From a virus (lineage: Duplodnaviria; Caudoviricetes): a DNA stretch of 56,033 nt. This document shows positions 1 through 9,069 of this stretch, one piece after another. How positions within the stretch are numbered: the first letter of the stretch is position 1; the number at the start of each line of letters is the position of its first letter. Both the position numbers and the translations under genes were made by a program. The DNA lies in the IMG/VR virus record IMGVR_UViG_3300031841_003747, positions 1 to 56,033 of that record; one strand, written 5' to 3'. The notes below the pieces were generated by a model. The model worked only from the letters and a program-made list of their open reading frames with translations, was not told the origin of the DNA and made no database searches.

Positions 1-2
1 GT

Positions 3-491
3 AAGGTATATAGGACAGGCGTGTATCCTGAGTGGTGCTTCGATGCAAAGCTAATGGATATCCCCAAAGGTGTACCACCTGTGCTACATCGCATCCTTAC
101 TGAGTGTATAGAGCATGCCTCATCCAGTTACCACTTGCCACTAGAAGATGGGTCATTGGACTACCACCCCCTATTCTATTGTTGTTGGTATGGTTGGCGA
201 GAGCCATGGATGGACAAGCGACTAGAGCGTATGGTGCTAAACAATTACAACTATGCTTACACACCAGACCATGTACTCGACTCACTCAAGTCAAGGCCGG
301 GAGATCAGGGGCAAGGGGATGATCTAACATGGAAGGTGTACGAGGATCTATGGAAGTACAATGAGAATACAACAGATCAAACATGTATGCCCGAATGTCA
401 TACACTATGCGAAGCAGAGGAGATCATAAACAAATTCAAACCATTCGCACAACTAATCAAATATATAAGCCATGAGATACAGTACGTTTAA
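3..491 (+). CDS. Hypothetical protein, probably 5'-truncated by the window edge; sits where PRTRC protein F normally lies
   Basis: Frame is open from base 3 through the GTG at 21; overlaps the E2 gene; the PRTRC-F identity is from position only. Confidence 0.55.
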   Translation, partial: KVYRTGVYPEWCFDAKLMDIPKGVPPVLHRILTECIEHASSSYHLPLEDGSLDYHPLFYCCWYGWREPWMDKRLERMVLNNYNYAYTPDHVLDSLKSRPGDQGQGDDLTWKVYEDLWKYNENTTDQTCMPECHTLCEAEEIINKFKPFAQLIKYISHEIQYV

Positions 492-1083
492 TGCAAAGCA
501 TTGCTTGATGGTGTACGAGGATGAGCAATCAACACTAGATCGTCCAGCCTGCCTACTCTATGACAAGCAAGATAACAAGTGGGGCAACGCAAGGACACTA
601 TCCCCAGAGGAGGTAGATACTATCTTCAAGTTTCGACAGGATCAGTTCTTCTCAAAGCCAGCGGTACTCCCTGAGTGTATGCTGTGGTACGAAGCAGATA
701 AGTGCTTGATGTGGTATCAGAACCCATGCACTAGACCAATGACGGTACGAGGAAAGAAGGTAAAGTACTCACACCCAGGCTTAGTGTTCATGGTATCTGC
801 CAACGCCATGCGTATCTGTGTGTACTCAAAGAAAGAAGCATTCCGCCCGACATTCACCACCAAGCTATATGAGAATCCATACTCCAATGTGGATACACAC
901 TATGGTCATGGCAATGTGGGTCTATGCCGTGTGCCTAAGTTCACTCAAGAGTATGCACATAAGCTAGATGCGTGGGAGGAGTGGACAGATATGTTCTACG
1001 AGAGTGGGTTCAACAAAGTACCTACACCAAGAAATAAAATAAAACAAAAAGACTTAACACTAGGAGAATGGATATGCGGATAG
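472..1083 (+). CDS. Prokaryotic E2 family D protein (PRTRC system protein B-like)
   Basis: LMWY, HPGLVF, TKLYENPYSNV-GNVGLC and WTDMFYESGF resemble Prok-E2_D motifs; directly upstream of a PRTRC-type ThiF. Confidence 0.8.
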   Translation: MRYSTFNAKHCLMVYEDEQSTLDRPACLLYDKQDNKWGNARTLSPEEVDTIFKFRQDQFFSKPAVLPECMLWYEADKCLMWYQNPCTRPMTVRGKKVKYSHPGLVFMVSANAMRICVYSKKEAFRPTFTTKLYENPYSNVDTHYGHGNVGLCRVPKFTQEYAHKLDAWEEWTDMFYESGFNKVPTPRNKIKQKDLTLGEWICG

Positions 1084-1739
1084 AAAATATATCAGTGTAC
1101 GGATGTGGTGGTACGGGATCACATATACTCAACGGACTTGCCCGTATAGATCATGCGTTGAAGAGCTTGAACAAGTTTACATTCCAGGTAACTGCGTATG
1201 ATCCAGATACAGTAACCGAACAGAATGTAGGCAGACAGGCATTCTACCCATGCGATGTGGGTGTCAATAAAGCCAAGGTACTATGCGAGCGTATCAATCT
1301 CTACTACCATACAAGGTGGCGAGCAGTACCAAGCAAAGCACCATCGTCAGATAAGACAGACCTATTCATTGCCTGTGTGGATACGGTCAAGTCACGGGAA
1401 GCAATCGCTAAGTCATGGCATAAGAAAGGTACATACATGATCGACTGCGGTAATGCCAAGTCATCGGGTCAGGTACTACTTGGCCAATTCAATGGCAAGC
1501 TACCCAATCTATATACCGAGAATGATGAACTAATCTACGGGGATGAACCCGAGGATGACTTCTCATGTACCGATCAGTACTACAGGCAAGACCTATTTGT
1601 TAATAACGCCGTCGCATTACAGGCTCTGCAAATCGTGTGGAGTATGGTGCGGTGGGGCAAAATAAACCATAGGGGTGTGTTCCTTGATATAGAACGAGGA
1701 GCGATGAACCCCATAAAAATAGAAGAGGATATCATATAA
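1068..1739 (+). CDS. PRTRC-type ThiF/E1 ubiquitin-like activating enzyme
   Basis: GCGGTGS Rossmann loop, YDPDTV-NVGRQ, NKA, CVD, DCGN-GQVLLG, SC(x6)QDLFVN with the putative catalytic Cys. Confidence 0.92.
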   Translation: MDMRIENISVYGCGGTGSHILNGLARIDHALKSLNKFTFQVTAYDPDTVTEQNVGRQAFYPCDVGVNKAKVLCERINLYYHTRWRAVPSKAPSSDKTDLFIACVDTVKSREAIAKSWHKKGTYMIDCGNAKSSGQVLLGQFNGKLPNLYTENDELIYGDEPEDDFSCTDQYYRQDLFVNNAVALQALQIVWSMVRWGKINHRGVFLDIERGAMNPIKIEEDII

Positions 1740-2428
1740 TGGATATGAACGCATACAGGCAGAAGAAAGCTTCTGCCCCAGGAATAAAGAAAACATCATC
1801 AGGTGACAATGTAGTAGTCATTGATGCCACAAGGGATGCAGACCCTGCTATCCAAGAGGCGATCGAGAACCACTATCACGGCACTCAGTTAAAGAAGGAT
1901 GGCACAGGTTTGGTTGAACAGTCCAAATACTTACAGCGTGTTGTTCGAAAGAGGCTCTTAGCTAATCGCTCAGAGGATAGACCTAAGCGATTTGAGTTTA
2001 AGGGTGAGGTGCATGGTGAGAAGCATACCGTCAAGGTGACCGTTAAGACTAGTAATTATAAACCATTCGATGATGGTGTCCGTCACGAGATCGAGCAGAT
2101 CGGCGTAAAGTATGACGAGGACGGGAAGAAGGTTGGTAAGTCTGCGGGCGAGCAGTTCCTTGAGCGGGCTGTTACACAAACTGCAGTATGTAAGGTAGAC
2201 TTCAGCTTGATACCGGAAGACATGAAGAACGAGGTGTTCAACCACATATTACAAGTCAATGCGATGTGTGGTATTACTGAGAAGGATATCGAGGATGGTG
2301 CTATACCTATCGTGGATATCTCATTCGGTAACACTCCGACCAGTGAGTACCACAACTTGCGTACCCTACTGACTGAGGGTGATGACAAACTCCTAGAAGA
2401 TATAACTCCTGCATCGCTATCGTACTAA
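1739..2428 (+). CDS. Hypothetical protein (229 aa)
   Basis: TAATG overlap with ThiF; no recognisable motif. Confidence 0.75.
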   Translation: MDMNAYRQKKASAPGIKKTSSGDNVVVIDATRDADPAIQEAIENHYHGTQLKKDGTGLVEQSKYLQRVVRKRLLANRSEDRPKRFEFKGEVHGEKHTVKVTVKTSNYKPFDDGVRHEIEQIGVKYDEDGKKVGKSAGEQFLERAVTQTAVCKVDFSLIPEDMKNEVFNHILQVNAMCGITEKDIEDGAIPIVDISFGNTPTSEYHNLRTLLTEGDDKLLEDITPASLSY

Positions 2429-2911
2429 ATGAAGAAGAAATACGAAAAGGCAGAGATACTAGACCTCTGGAATACTTATACTGTGATGCTCGGACATCAA
2501 GAGAGGCAGGAGAAGTACTCAAAGACTAAATATAGAAACAAACACCTTGAGAGGTATGAAGGTCGCACCCGCGGGAGCTATGAGGCATTCATGATGAATA
2601 TCTCTACCGCAAGAGATAAGCACGGACTACCTGTACTCAAGGGATACAAGCCATCCATGCCTAACTACAATAGATATCTCGATAAGATATGTGAGACTAC
2701 TCTGGGCATAAAGGATACCCCACCCCAAAGGATAAGATATGTAGCGAACTGCATAGAGGCAGGTGAACTATTCTCCACGACATTCATTAGCGTGAAGACT
2801 GATCCTCGTGAGCTGAAGCGTGAGGGTATGGAGCTAGCCGCCGGATGGGGTGCTGAGTGTATAAGTGTACAGAAGGATACCAATCAGGAGAACCTAGACA
2901 AAAATGAGTGA
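2429..2911 (+). CDS. Protein resembling the N-terminal DNA-binding domain of HNH/DUF3883 restriction-like nucleases, without a nuclease domain
   Basis: GRTRGSYEAFMMNIS-HGLPVLKGYKP-NY resembles the GRSRGSIE..QNIS..LG.P.I.GYKP..NY pattern, recalled from memory. Confidence 0.55.
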   Translation: MKKKYEKAEILDLWNTYTVMLGHQERQEKYSKTKYRNKHLERYEGRTRGSYEAFMMNISTARDKHGLPVLKGYKPSMPNYNRYLDKICETTLGIKDTPPQRIRYVANCIEAGELFSTTFISVKTDPRELKREGMELAAGWGAECISVQKDTNQENLDKNE

Positions 2912-3182
2912 GCCTCAGACATTCAAGTCGCCTACAGGATCGGAGTACAGCATCACACCTAGAACAGAGCGCCCTGGTTGGATCGTCACTCGCTTGGCAA
3001 CAGGCAAGGAGGAGATCGTCAGTAAGCTAATGGTAGAAAAAACCATGACTAAACTGAGGGCAGGTGAAGCTATACCATTCCGTCAGATCAATTATACTGT
3101 GGCTATTGAGCAAGCAGTATTGTTCCTACTGATCGACAAGATACATATCAATCCATTCACCAAGGAGTACACACTACGATGA
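2904..3182 (+). CDS. Hypothetical protein (92 aa)
   Basis: Overlaps both neighbours in the operon. Confidence 0.7.
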   Translation: MSEPQTFKSPTGSEYSITPRTERPGWIVTRLATGKEEIVSKLMVEKTMTKLRAGEAIPFRQINYTVAIEQAVLFLLIDKIHINPFTKEYTLR

Positions 3183-3484
3183 GTGAGTATGAGTTTGAAG
3201 ACCTCGATGTGGAACACAAGGGGCAGTCATTCACATGTGCTGGCACATTGAAGTATAGCTATACCCCAGCCTGCCCAGACGAAGCATTCGGATACTGGGG
3301 CGCAACACCTGGTCATGGCGAGATATTCGAGGACTTAACGGTCACTGAATTAACTAGCGTTGAGTGGGAGGATGAGGACGGAAACCTTATTAGGGATACG
3401 AACTACCTACCTACTGACATATCCGAACTGAAAGAAACAATCGAAGGATACTTCGATGCGAACACAGATAAAATAGAAAAATGA
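3179..3484 (+). CDS. Small acidic hypothetical protein
   Basis: ATGA overlap; very D/E-rich. Confidence 0.7.
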   Translation: MSEYEFEDLDVEHKGQSFTCAGTLKYSYTPACPDEAFGYWGATPGHGEIFEDLTVTELTSVEWEDEDGNLIRDTNYLPTDISELKETIEGYFDANTDKIEK

Positions 3485-3834
3485 ATTATTACTTAATTAC
3501 AGACTTCAACCGAGATGGTGAACACGAATACTATGACCGTGTGCCCATAAAGTCATCCAAACCCAAAGAGCAATGGCATGAAAACTGGGAGAACTTATAC
3601 CTGTGCTGGCAATATGGCGCAGGATGGATTGATGAAAAGAATGGAGACTTCTGGTCTGATGACAGGATTGTAAGCGTATATGAAGTGAGGGATATGACCG
3701 AAGAGGAATACAATGTCTTCACCAAGTTTACGTCTGAGTTCGATATTGATGAAATCATCACGGAGGGTAAGGAAAATTGGGACGAGGCAGAGCTTCAACC
3801 AGCATGGGATAAATACAACGAAAAATGCCAGTAA
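3481..3834 (+). CDS. Small acidic, Trp/Tyr-rich hypothetical protein
   Basis: ATGA overlap; D/E- and aromatic-rich. Confidence 0.7.
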   Translation: MNYYLITDFNRDGEHEYYDRVPIKSSKPKEQWHENWENLYLCWQYGAGWIDEKNGDFWSDDRIVSVYEVRDMTEEEYNVFTKFTSEFDIDEIITEGKENWDEAELQPAWDKYNEKCQ

Positions 3835-4271
3835 TAAAGGAATACTTGTTCGTGGGAGAAAAGCGAAGCAACCTAGCAATCAAGATGAATGTAACCTGGA
3901 AAGATGGTAGGCTTGCCGCCAAGCAGTTGTTTGATGCTCTTGACGCATGTGGCATACCAAGGAAGAAATGTAGTTTCCTTAATTGGTGGCCAGAATTTGA
4001 CCGTAGAACAAAAACATGGTCAGAGCAAACGCCACGAGCCACTATCCGTAACATCGACAACCGTAACAAAGAGGGCGGATGGGGATCAGGTGACATCATA
4101 CAGATTGTAGCATTGGGAAATAAGGTGCAGAAGGAGCTAAGTAAAGAAGGTATAGATTTTATACCTGTAATTCATCCTGCGGCACGCGGAACAATCAGAA
4201 AGAAAGAAAACTATGCCGAGCATATTCGGCAACAACTAATAGAAAGTAACACGAAATATAATGTTAAGTAG
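3825..4271 (+). CDS. Minimal uracil-DNA glycosylase-fold protein
   Basis: LFVGEK, IVALG and IHPAAR motifs of the UDG superfamily in 148 aa. Confidence 0.65.
   Translation: MPVIKEYLFVGEKRSNLAIKMNVTWKDGRLAAKQLFDALDACGIPRKKCSFLNWWPEFDRRTKTWSEQTPRATIRNIDNRNKEGGWGSGDIIQIVALGNKVQKELSKEGIDFIPVIHPAARGTIRKKENYAEHIRQQLIESNTKYNVK
4245..4268 (+). promoter_or_regulatory. Degenerate copy of the 24-bp TGTAACAC motif
   Basis: AGTAACACGAAATATAATGTTAAG; contains TATAAT (4257-4262); overlaps the ATG at 4261. Confidence 0.5.
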
Positions 4272-4443
4272 GTACTTGGTATCCTCGGACGGTCATTGCT
4301 TATGCGATGATCGTACCGAGGGTACAGTAACCTTCAGCAAACAAGATGCTGAAGATATTGTTAATCAACTAAAAGAGAAAGGAATAAACGCCCAAGTAAT
4401 TGAGGTGAGGATAAGAAAATGGCTATCTATGATTTGGAGATAA
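4261..4443 (+). CDS. Hypothetical protein (60 aa)
   Basis: Fills the gap between the UDG-like and helicase genes. Confidence 0.55.
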   Translation: MLSRYLVSSDGHCLCDDRTEGTVTFSKQDAEDIVNQLKEKGINAQVIEVRIRKWLSMIWR

Positions 4444-7073
4444 CATCGGACGGTAAGCTCCGATCGTTCCCACAAACCGCACCTGGCGATCTGCAGATGG
4501 ATCTGGAGATTGTGGCAGGTAGATCCCCCATATCACTCGTAGTATCCCTATCGGACTATCGGAGGTTGAGTAAGCTATTCAATCATCCCAAGTGTTTGAT
4601 GTCAGAGGATGCTCGCATTGCAATCGAGACAGCATTGGAAGCGGGTAAGAAGGTCGCACGACCTATTACTAAGCCTACTGATTTCGAGCTGACTGCGTAT
4701 GTCGAGGAGGTCAAGAAACTAAAATGTATAAAGGATGTACACATAGAAGGAGATGATAAGTTCTCAGGACTTCAGCTAACTAAAGGCAGAGAGTATGAGT
4801 TTGTCTCCAAGAAGATTGAGTTCGTTGAACCATTCACCAAGGAGAAGTATCTCTTCGATGAAAGCACCGAGCAGATCGCTACTCGTACACACCAAATGTC
4901 ATTCAAGGGTAATGACTATGCCTTGCAGTTTGTTGATGACCGAGGATGGACAATGAGATTCAGAGATCATCCTACCATTCATACAGATATCAATGAGGCA
5001 AAGATATGGGAGTACTTCGAGAGACCTGATGTACCTACTGTAGCTAGTGACAACATGGATAAATACAACGATGGACTAGATATACTTAGGTATATGGAGC
5101 ATTCTGCTCAGCCCAAGTTCTCGTTTTTCCCAGGTCAAATGAAGTATATTGCATCTGCATCATGCTCTGACTCTGCACTGATTGCCGCCGAGACAGGGTG
5201 TGGTAAGACATTGATTGCGATATCACTTGTCATGATGAAAGCTCCCGGTCGTGCATTGATCTGTGCCCCCAAGGGTACAGTGGCATCTAAGGACTCAAAG
5301 GTACATGCTCAATGGGTTAAGGAGTTTAGGAAGTTCGCACCCGATATTCCTGTGTACAAGCTATTCACGCCAGGTGATTATGAGAAACTAAAGAATGAGA
5401 ATGGTGGTGAACTACCCTATGGGGTTTTCCTCACCTATGACCATGCTATGTTTCGTGGTGGTATGGAGCATATACCTAACGCTTGGTTTGAGAAGAAGAA
5501 AGACGAGGCAGGCAAGGTCATTACCCCAGACCCAGAGGCTAAGTATCGTGAACACCTCGAGGAACGGAAGATAAAGGTACCACCATTGTTTGATGCCATC
5601 GGTACCCGTGACCGAAACAACTACCACTTCGGTATTGGTGAGCAACGCACTATGCCCGTACTCAATAAGGGTGCAGTTACTGGTGAGAAGGTATGTATCC
5701 GTTGTGTATCTGAGCCATGTATGGCAACAGAGATCGGACTAGAGATGTGGGACATGGTGATCTTGGACGAGGCACATGCTATATGTAACCTTGATGCACA
5801 GATGACCAAGAACTTCATCCGGTTGCAAGCTAAGTACAGATTCGCTCTGACTGCTACTCCTATACCTAATATGATCTGGAATATCTTCTCTCTGATGGGT
5901 TGGCTCAGTGTACCTCATTGGTACTTCGGTGATCGATCCAATGCCGCTTGGCCTTACAAAGTGGATGAGATGACTGGCAGAGGTGGCTTCATTGATGAGT
6001 TCGTCACCAAGGAGATCGACCATACGCAAGCAAAGATGAATCAGAAAGCTGGCAAAGGTCCCGCCGCGGTTAAGCGATCACCTAAGATCAGTCAGCAAGC
6101 TAAGCTACTCAAGCTGATTAGACCAATGGTGGCATTCATACCCAAGGATAGATGTAATCCTAATCTACCTAAGCTAAATGTACTCAAGATTAGTGTGCCG
6201 ATGTCCAAGGAACAGAGACAGAATTACAGTCACTACATGAACCCAGCCCATGTTAAGACCAAGAACAAGATGACTAGGTATGGTACTCAACTAGCATATC
6301 TGCGTGGTATTGGTAACAATCCAAAGTCATGCGGTAAGAATCGTACAGAAGGTTCATACAATCTGTTCTCCAGTACAGACTACACACCTAAGACACATGC
6401 TGCTCTTGAAAATGTATACAATATACTATCCAAGGGTGAGCAAGTACTCATTGCTGGTGCGGCTATTGACCAGCTCAACGAGATGCAACGCAGGCTATCG
6501 GAAGCTAAGATCAAGTACACGGTTATCAATGGTGACAACTCAGATAAGGCAAGTGCGGCAGAGAAGTTCAAGTCAGGTGAAGTACCTGTACTATTCATGT
6601 CTAATAAGTGTGCCCAGGCACTATCCTTTGAGCAATGCTCCAACATGATTATCATGTCCCTTGACTGGGCATTCGGTGTATTCGATCAGACGGTGGGTCG
6701 TTGCTATCGTGTTAATTCACCCAAGGATGTGAACTGCTACATCTACCTACACTCTGAGTCACTCGATGAGTTGATGTTCGACAAGCTATGCTCCAAGCAA
6801 GATGCGGCAACCATTGCCCTGCATGGCGAGAAGGTAGATAACGAGGTAATCACAGTAGATAAGCAATCCATACTTGGTGAGCATATGTTGCAGTGGCAAA
6901 GCCTCCGTGGTCAGATTGATCTATCCGAGGAGACCGAGGCTGAGTTGTTAGCTAAGTGGCCTAGTCTACTCGACAAGCTAAAGACTATCACGGCAGGTGA
7001 GGAATTAGGAATCACCAAGGAGGATCAGGATGCAGTGGCTGAGTTACTAGAGGAGATGGAAGACTATGCCTAA
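4419..7073 (+). CDS. SNF2-family (SF2) helicase/ATPase
   Basis: ETGCGKT (Walker A), ILDEAH (motif II), LTATP (III), QTVGRCYR (VI). Confidence 0.9.
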   Translation: MAIYDLEITSDGKLRSFPQTAPGDLQMDLEIVAGRSPISLVVSLSDYRRLSKLFNHPKCLMSEDARIAIETALEAGKKVARPITKPTDFELTAYVEEVKKLKCIKDVHIEGDDKFSGLQLTKGREYEFVSKKIEFVEPFTKEKYLFDESTEQIATRTHQMSFKGNDYALQFVDDRGWTMRFRDHPTIHTDINEAKIWEYFERPDVPTVASDNMDKYNDGLDILRYMEHSAQPKFSFFPGQMKYIASASCSDSALIAAETGCGKTLIAISLVMMKAPGRALICAPKGTVASKDSKVHAQWVKEFRKFAPDIPVYKLFTPGDYEKLKNENGGELPYGVFLTYDHAMFRGGMEHIPNAWFEKKKDEAGKVITPDPEAKYREHLEERKIKVPPLFDAIGTRDRNNYHFGIGEQRTMPVLNKGAVTGEKVCIRCVSEPCMATEIGLEMWDMVILDEAHAICNLDAQMTKNFIRLQAKYRFALTATPIPNMIWNIFSLMGWLSVPHWYFGDRSNAAWPYKVDEMTGRGGFIDEFVTKEIDHTQAKMNQKAGKGPAAVKRSPKISQQAKLLKLIRPMVAFIPKDRCNPNLPKLNVLKISVPMSKEQRQNYSHYMNPAHVKTKNKMTRYGTQLAYLRGIGNNPKSCGKNRTEGSYNLFSSTDYTPKTHAALENVYNILSKGEQVLIAGAAIDQLNEMQRRLSEAKIKYTVINGDNSDKASAAEKFKSGEVPVLFMSNKCAQALSFEQCSNMIIMSLDWAFGVFDQTVGRCYRVNSPKDVNCYIYLHSESLDELMFDKLCSKQDAATIALHGEKVDNEVITVDKQSILGEHMLQWQSLRGQIDLSEETEAELLAKWPSLLDKLKTITAGEELGITKEDQDAVAELLEEMEDYA

Positions 7074-7257
7074 GTATAAGCCTGTAAAGATAGAGCAAGG
7101 TTGGATCACAGGGAATGACGGTAAAGGTGGTTTACCATATTGGGCCGCTTACGGAGACACCCAGTGGGGACGCAGACAGCGACTCCTAAATGGTACATAC
7201 TGGTTAATAAGGAGACTTAAAGGTGAGCCAACTGGACCTGAGTTTACAGTTAGATAA
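7066..7257 (+). CDS. Hypothetical protein (63 aa)
   Basis: Overlaps the helicase stop; GGAG upstream. Confidence 0.5.
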   Translation: MPKYKPVKIEQGWITGNDGKGGLPYWAAYGDTQWGRRQRLLNGTYWLIRRLKGEPTGPEFTVR

Positions 7258-8032
7258 AGAGTCGTGCGTTCCACCCGGTCTTAAATGGATTAAGAGTGAG
7301 GGGGATATGCCATCTTACCATCTGTATGATCGATTAAAGTACACAGGCTGGAGAGTTGACCATTGTGGTCACCCTACCGCCCTTCGTCCTTATGCTATTA
7401 GTGATGACAATGAGGAGAAAGCATACGCTACACATAATGGATTCGCATTCAGTCATGTATACTGCGCGAGGTGGTCTGCCGAGGAAATGTACAAAGCCAA
7501 GAAGCCCGAGACATGGGAGCATATAGATATACGGATCCGAGACCTACATCAGAGCCGAGCGATCGAAAGGTGCATGAACTATGATGCATTTCCCCGTGTG
7601 CCATATAAGTTCCGCGGGAGCATGGTGGAGCATGTCTATCTGGGCTTGAGATATATCACCCCAAATGTAAAGAAGTATCAAGTAGACCTAGTTAATAAGC
7701 ACAGGCGTGGCAGAAAAAGAGTGGTCGATTCTGTAAAGATTGAGGCAAGGGATAGGTCTGACGCCAAGAGGATAGCTCGATCTCATTGGGTCGGTGGTCA
7801 TGAATATGTATATGACATAAGGCAAGCAGGCTTAAAGGAGCCAATAAAGGATACTGATGAAATGATCGCTCTACTTAAAAAATTAACTGACGAGGGAATG
7901 AAGTTTCCGAAGGCAGGTTATATGAAATGGGAAGATAAATATAAAATAAGTCAGGACTGGACATTCTTTGAGCCTGGTGGATGGAAGTACAGAGGTCTAC
8001 CTGACGGATACGATGTAATAGTAAGGAGGTAA
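7223..8032 (+). CDS. Hypothetical protein (269 aa)
   Basis: Long ORF in the operon; no recognised motif. Confidence 0.7.
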   Translation: MSQLDLSLQLDKESCVPPGLKWIKSEGDMPSYHLYDRLKYTGWRVDHCGHPTALRPYAISDDNEEKAYATHNGFAFSHVYCARWSAEEMYKAKKPETWEHIDIRIRDLHQSRAIERCMNYDAFPRVPYKFRGSMVEHVYLGLRYITPNVKKYQVDLVNKHRRGRKRVVDSVKIEARDRSDAKRIARSHWVGGHEYVYDIRQAGLKEPIKDTDEMIALLKKLTDEGMKFPKAGYMKWEDKYKISQDWTFFEPGGWKYRGLPDGYDVIVRR

Positions 8033-8036
8033 TAAT

Positions 8037-8228
8037 ATGAGTGAATTATATGCATGCCCGCAATGCGGAAAGAAAGATTCTGCATGGGATGATGGACTCT
8101 GTGGAGCTTGTGAGAAAGCTCGAAGGGAGTGGGATGAAAAGATAAAACGAGAAGAACAAGAAGAGTATTGCAAGAAACATGGTGGATACTTCGATCGCGA
8201 TGGCAACTGGAGGGAGGGAGAAGAATGA
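8037..8228 (+). CDS. Small zinc-finger protein
   Basis: CPQC-x10-CGAC; AGGAGG upstream; ATGA overlap with the next gene. Confidence 0.7.
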   Translation: MSELYACPQCGKKDSAWDDGLCGACEKARREWDEKIKREEQEEYCKKHGGYFDRDGNWREGEE

Positions 8229-9040
8229 AGGAATACTTCGTAGGATGTGAAGACCCCAAGCGGGTACACGAACTAGATGCGGCAATGATGAACGCATACT
8301 CATTAAGGAATAGAAAAGAACCACTCAAAGTAAACAGATGGATGTTGGATAGTGGTGCGTTCTCACAGATCGGACTAGGTGAACATGCACCAGGTAAATT
8401 CGTGCAGACACCAGAGGAGTATGTACGCCTTGCCGTACGCTTACAGGACTGCGGAAACCTAGCATGTATTGTCACGCAGGACTATATGTGTGAGCCGGAA
8501 GTGCTAATCGCACAACGCAAGAAAGGATTCACCGCTACTATTACCAAGCATCAGTGTTGGACGGTAGAGCGATACTTTGCGATCTTAGAGGAAGCAGAGA
8601 TACAAGGACTAAGAGTGCCCGTCATGCCTGTACTGCAAGGTGATGACCCGCATGATTACTTGAGGCATTGGCAGATGTACTGCAAGTGCAAGGAAATCGT
8701 GGGTGATTATCGTCCTTATGAGTGGATCGGTATAGGCTCTACATGCAAAAGGAATAATAATCCTGAGTCAGTTGCGGAGATACTAAAGCTACTCGATGAC
8801 CACTACGGTCCACTTACCGACTACAAGGTTCATGCGTTTGGATTAAAGCAGACAGCCCTAGGGTTTTCCGATGTGCGAGATATGTTATACTCTGCCGATT
8901 CCATGGCTCCAGATTATTCTCATAGAGTCGAGTGCAGAGAGAAAGGTATCCCAAGGACCAGACGATCACGCATGGATAATATGCTAAAGTTTCAGGAGCG
9001 TATAAGAAACCAACCCGTGCAAACTTGCTTGACATTGTGA
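8225..9040 (+). CDS. TGT/DpdA-like guanine transglycosylase (candidate 7-deazaguanine DNA modification enzyme)
   Basis: MLDSGAFS, QDYMCEP, MPVLQG, IGIGS, VHAFG, SADS motifs of the TGT barrel; start set at ATG 8225 (ATGA overlap). Confidence 0.8.
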   Translation: MKEYFVGCEDPKRVHELDAAMMNAYSLRNRKEPLKVNRWMLDSGAFSQIGLGEHAPGKFVQTPEEYVRLAVRLQDCGNLACIVTQDYMCEPEVLIAQRKKGFTATITKHQCWTVERYFAILEEAEIQGLRVPVMPVLQGDDPHDYLRHWQMYCKCKEIVGDYRPYEWIGIGSTCKRNNNPESVAEILKLLDDHYGPLTDYKVHAFGLKQTALGFSDVRDMLYSADSMAPDYSHRVECREKGIPRTRRSRMDNMLKFQERIRNQPVQTCLTL

Positions 9041-9045
9041 AGTAA

Positions 9046-9069
9046 AGTAACACTTAGTGAAGTGTAACA
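9046..9069 (+). promoter_or_regulatory. 24-bp motif directly before the recombinase ATG
   Basis: AGTAACACTTAGTGAAGTGTAACA-ATG; TTGACA at 9029-9034. Confidence 0.7.

Noticed and set aside
1739-2428. Ubiquitin-like or JAB component of the PRTRC cassette
   Set aside because: No HxH...D JAB motif and no small beta-grasp protein with C-terminal Gly among the downstream ORFs
8168-8224. Longer N-terminus for the DpdA-like ORF
   Set aside because: Overlaps the Zn-finger gene; ATG 8225 gives a standard ATGA coupling. The starts at 10330, 42392 and 45153 were shortened for similar overlap reasons.
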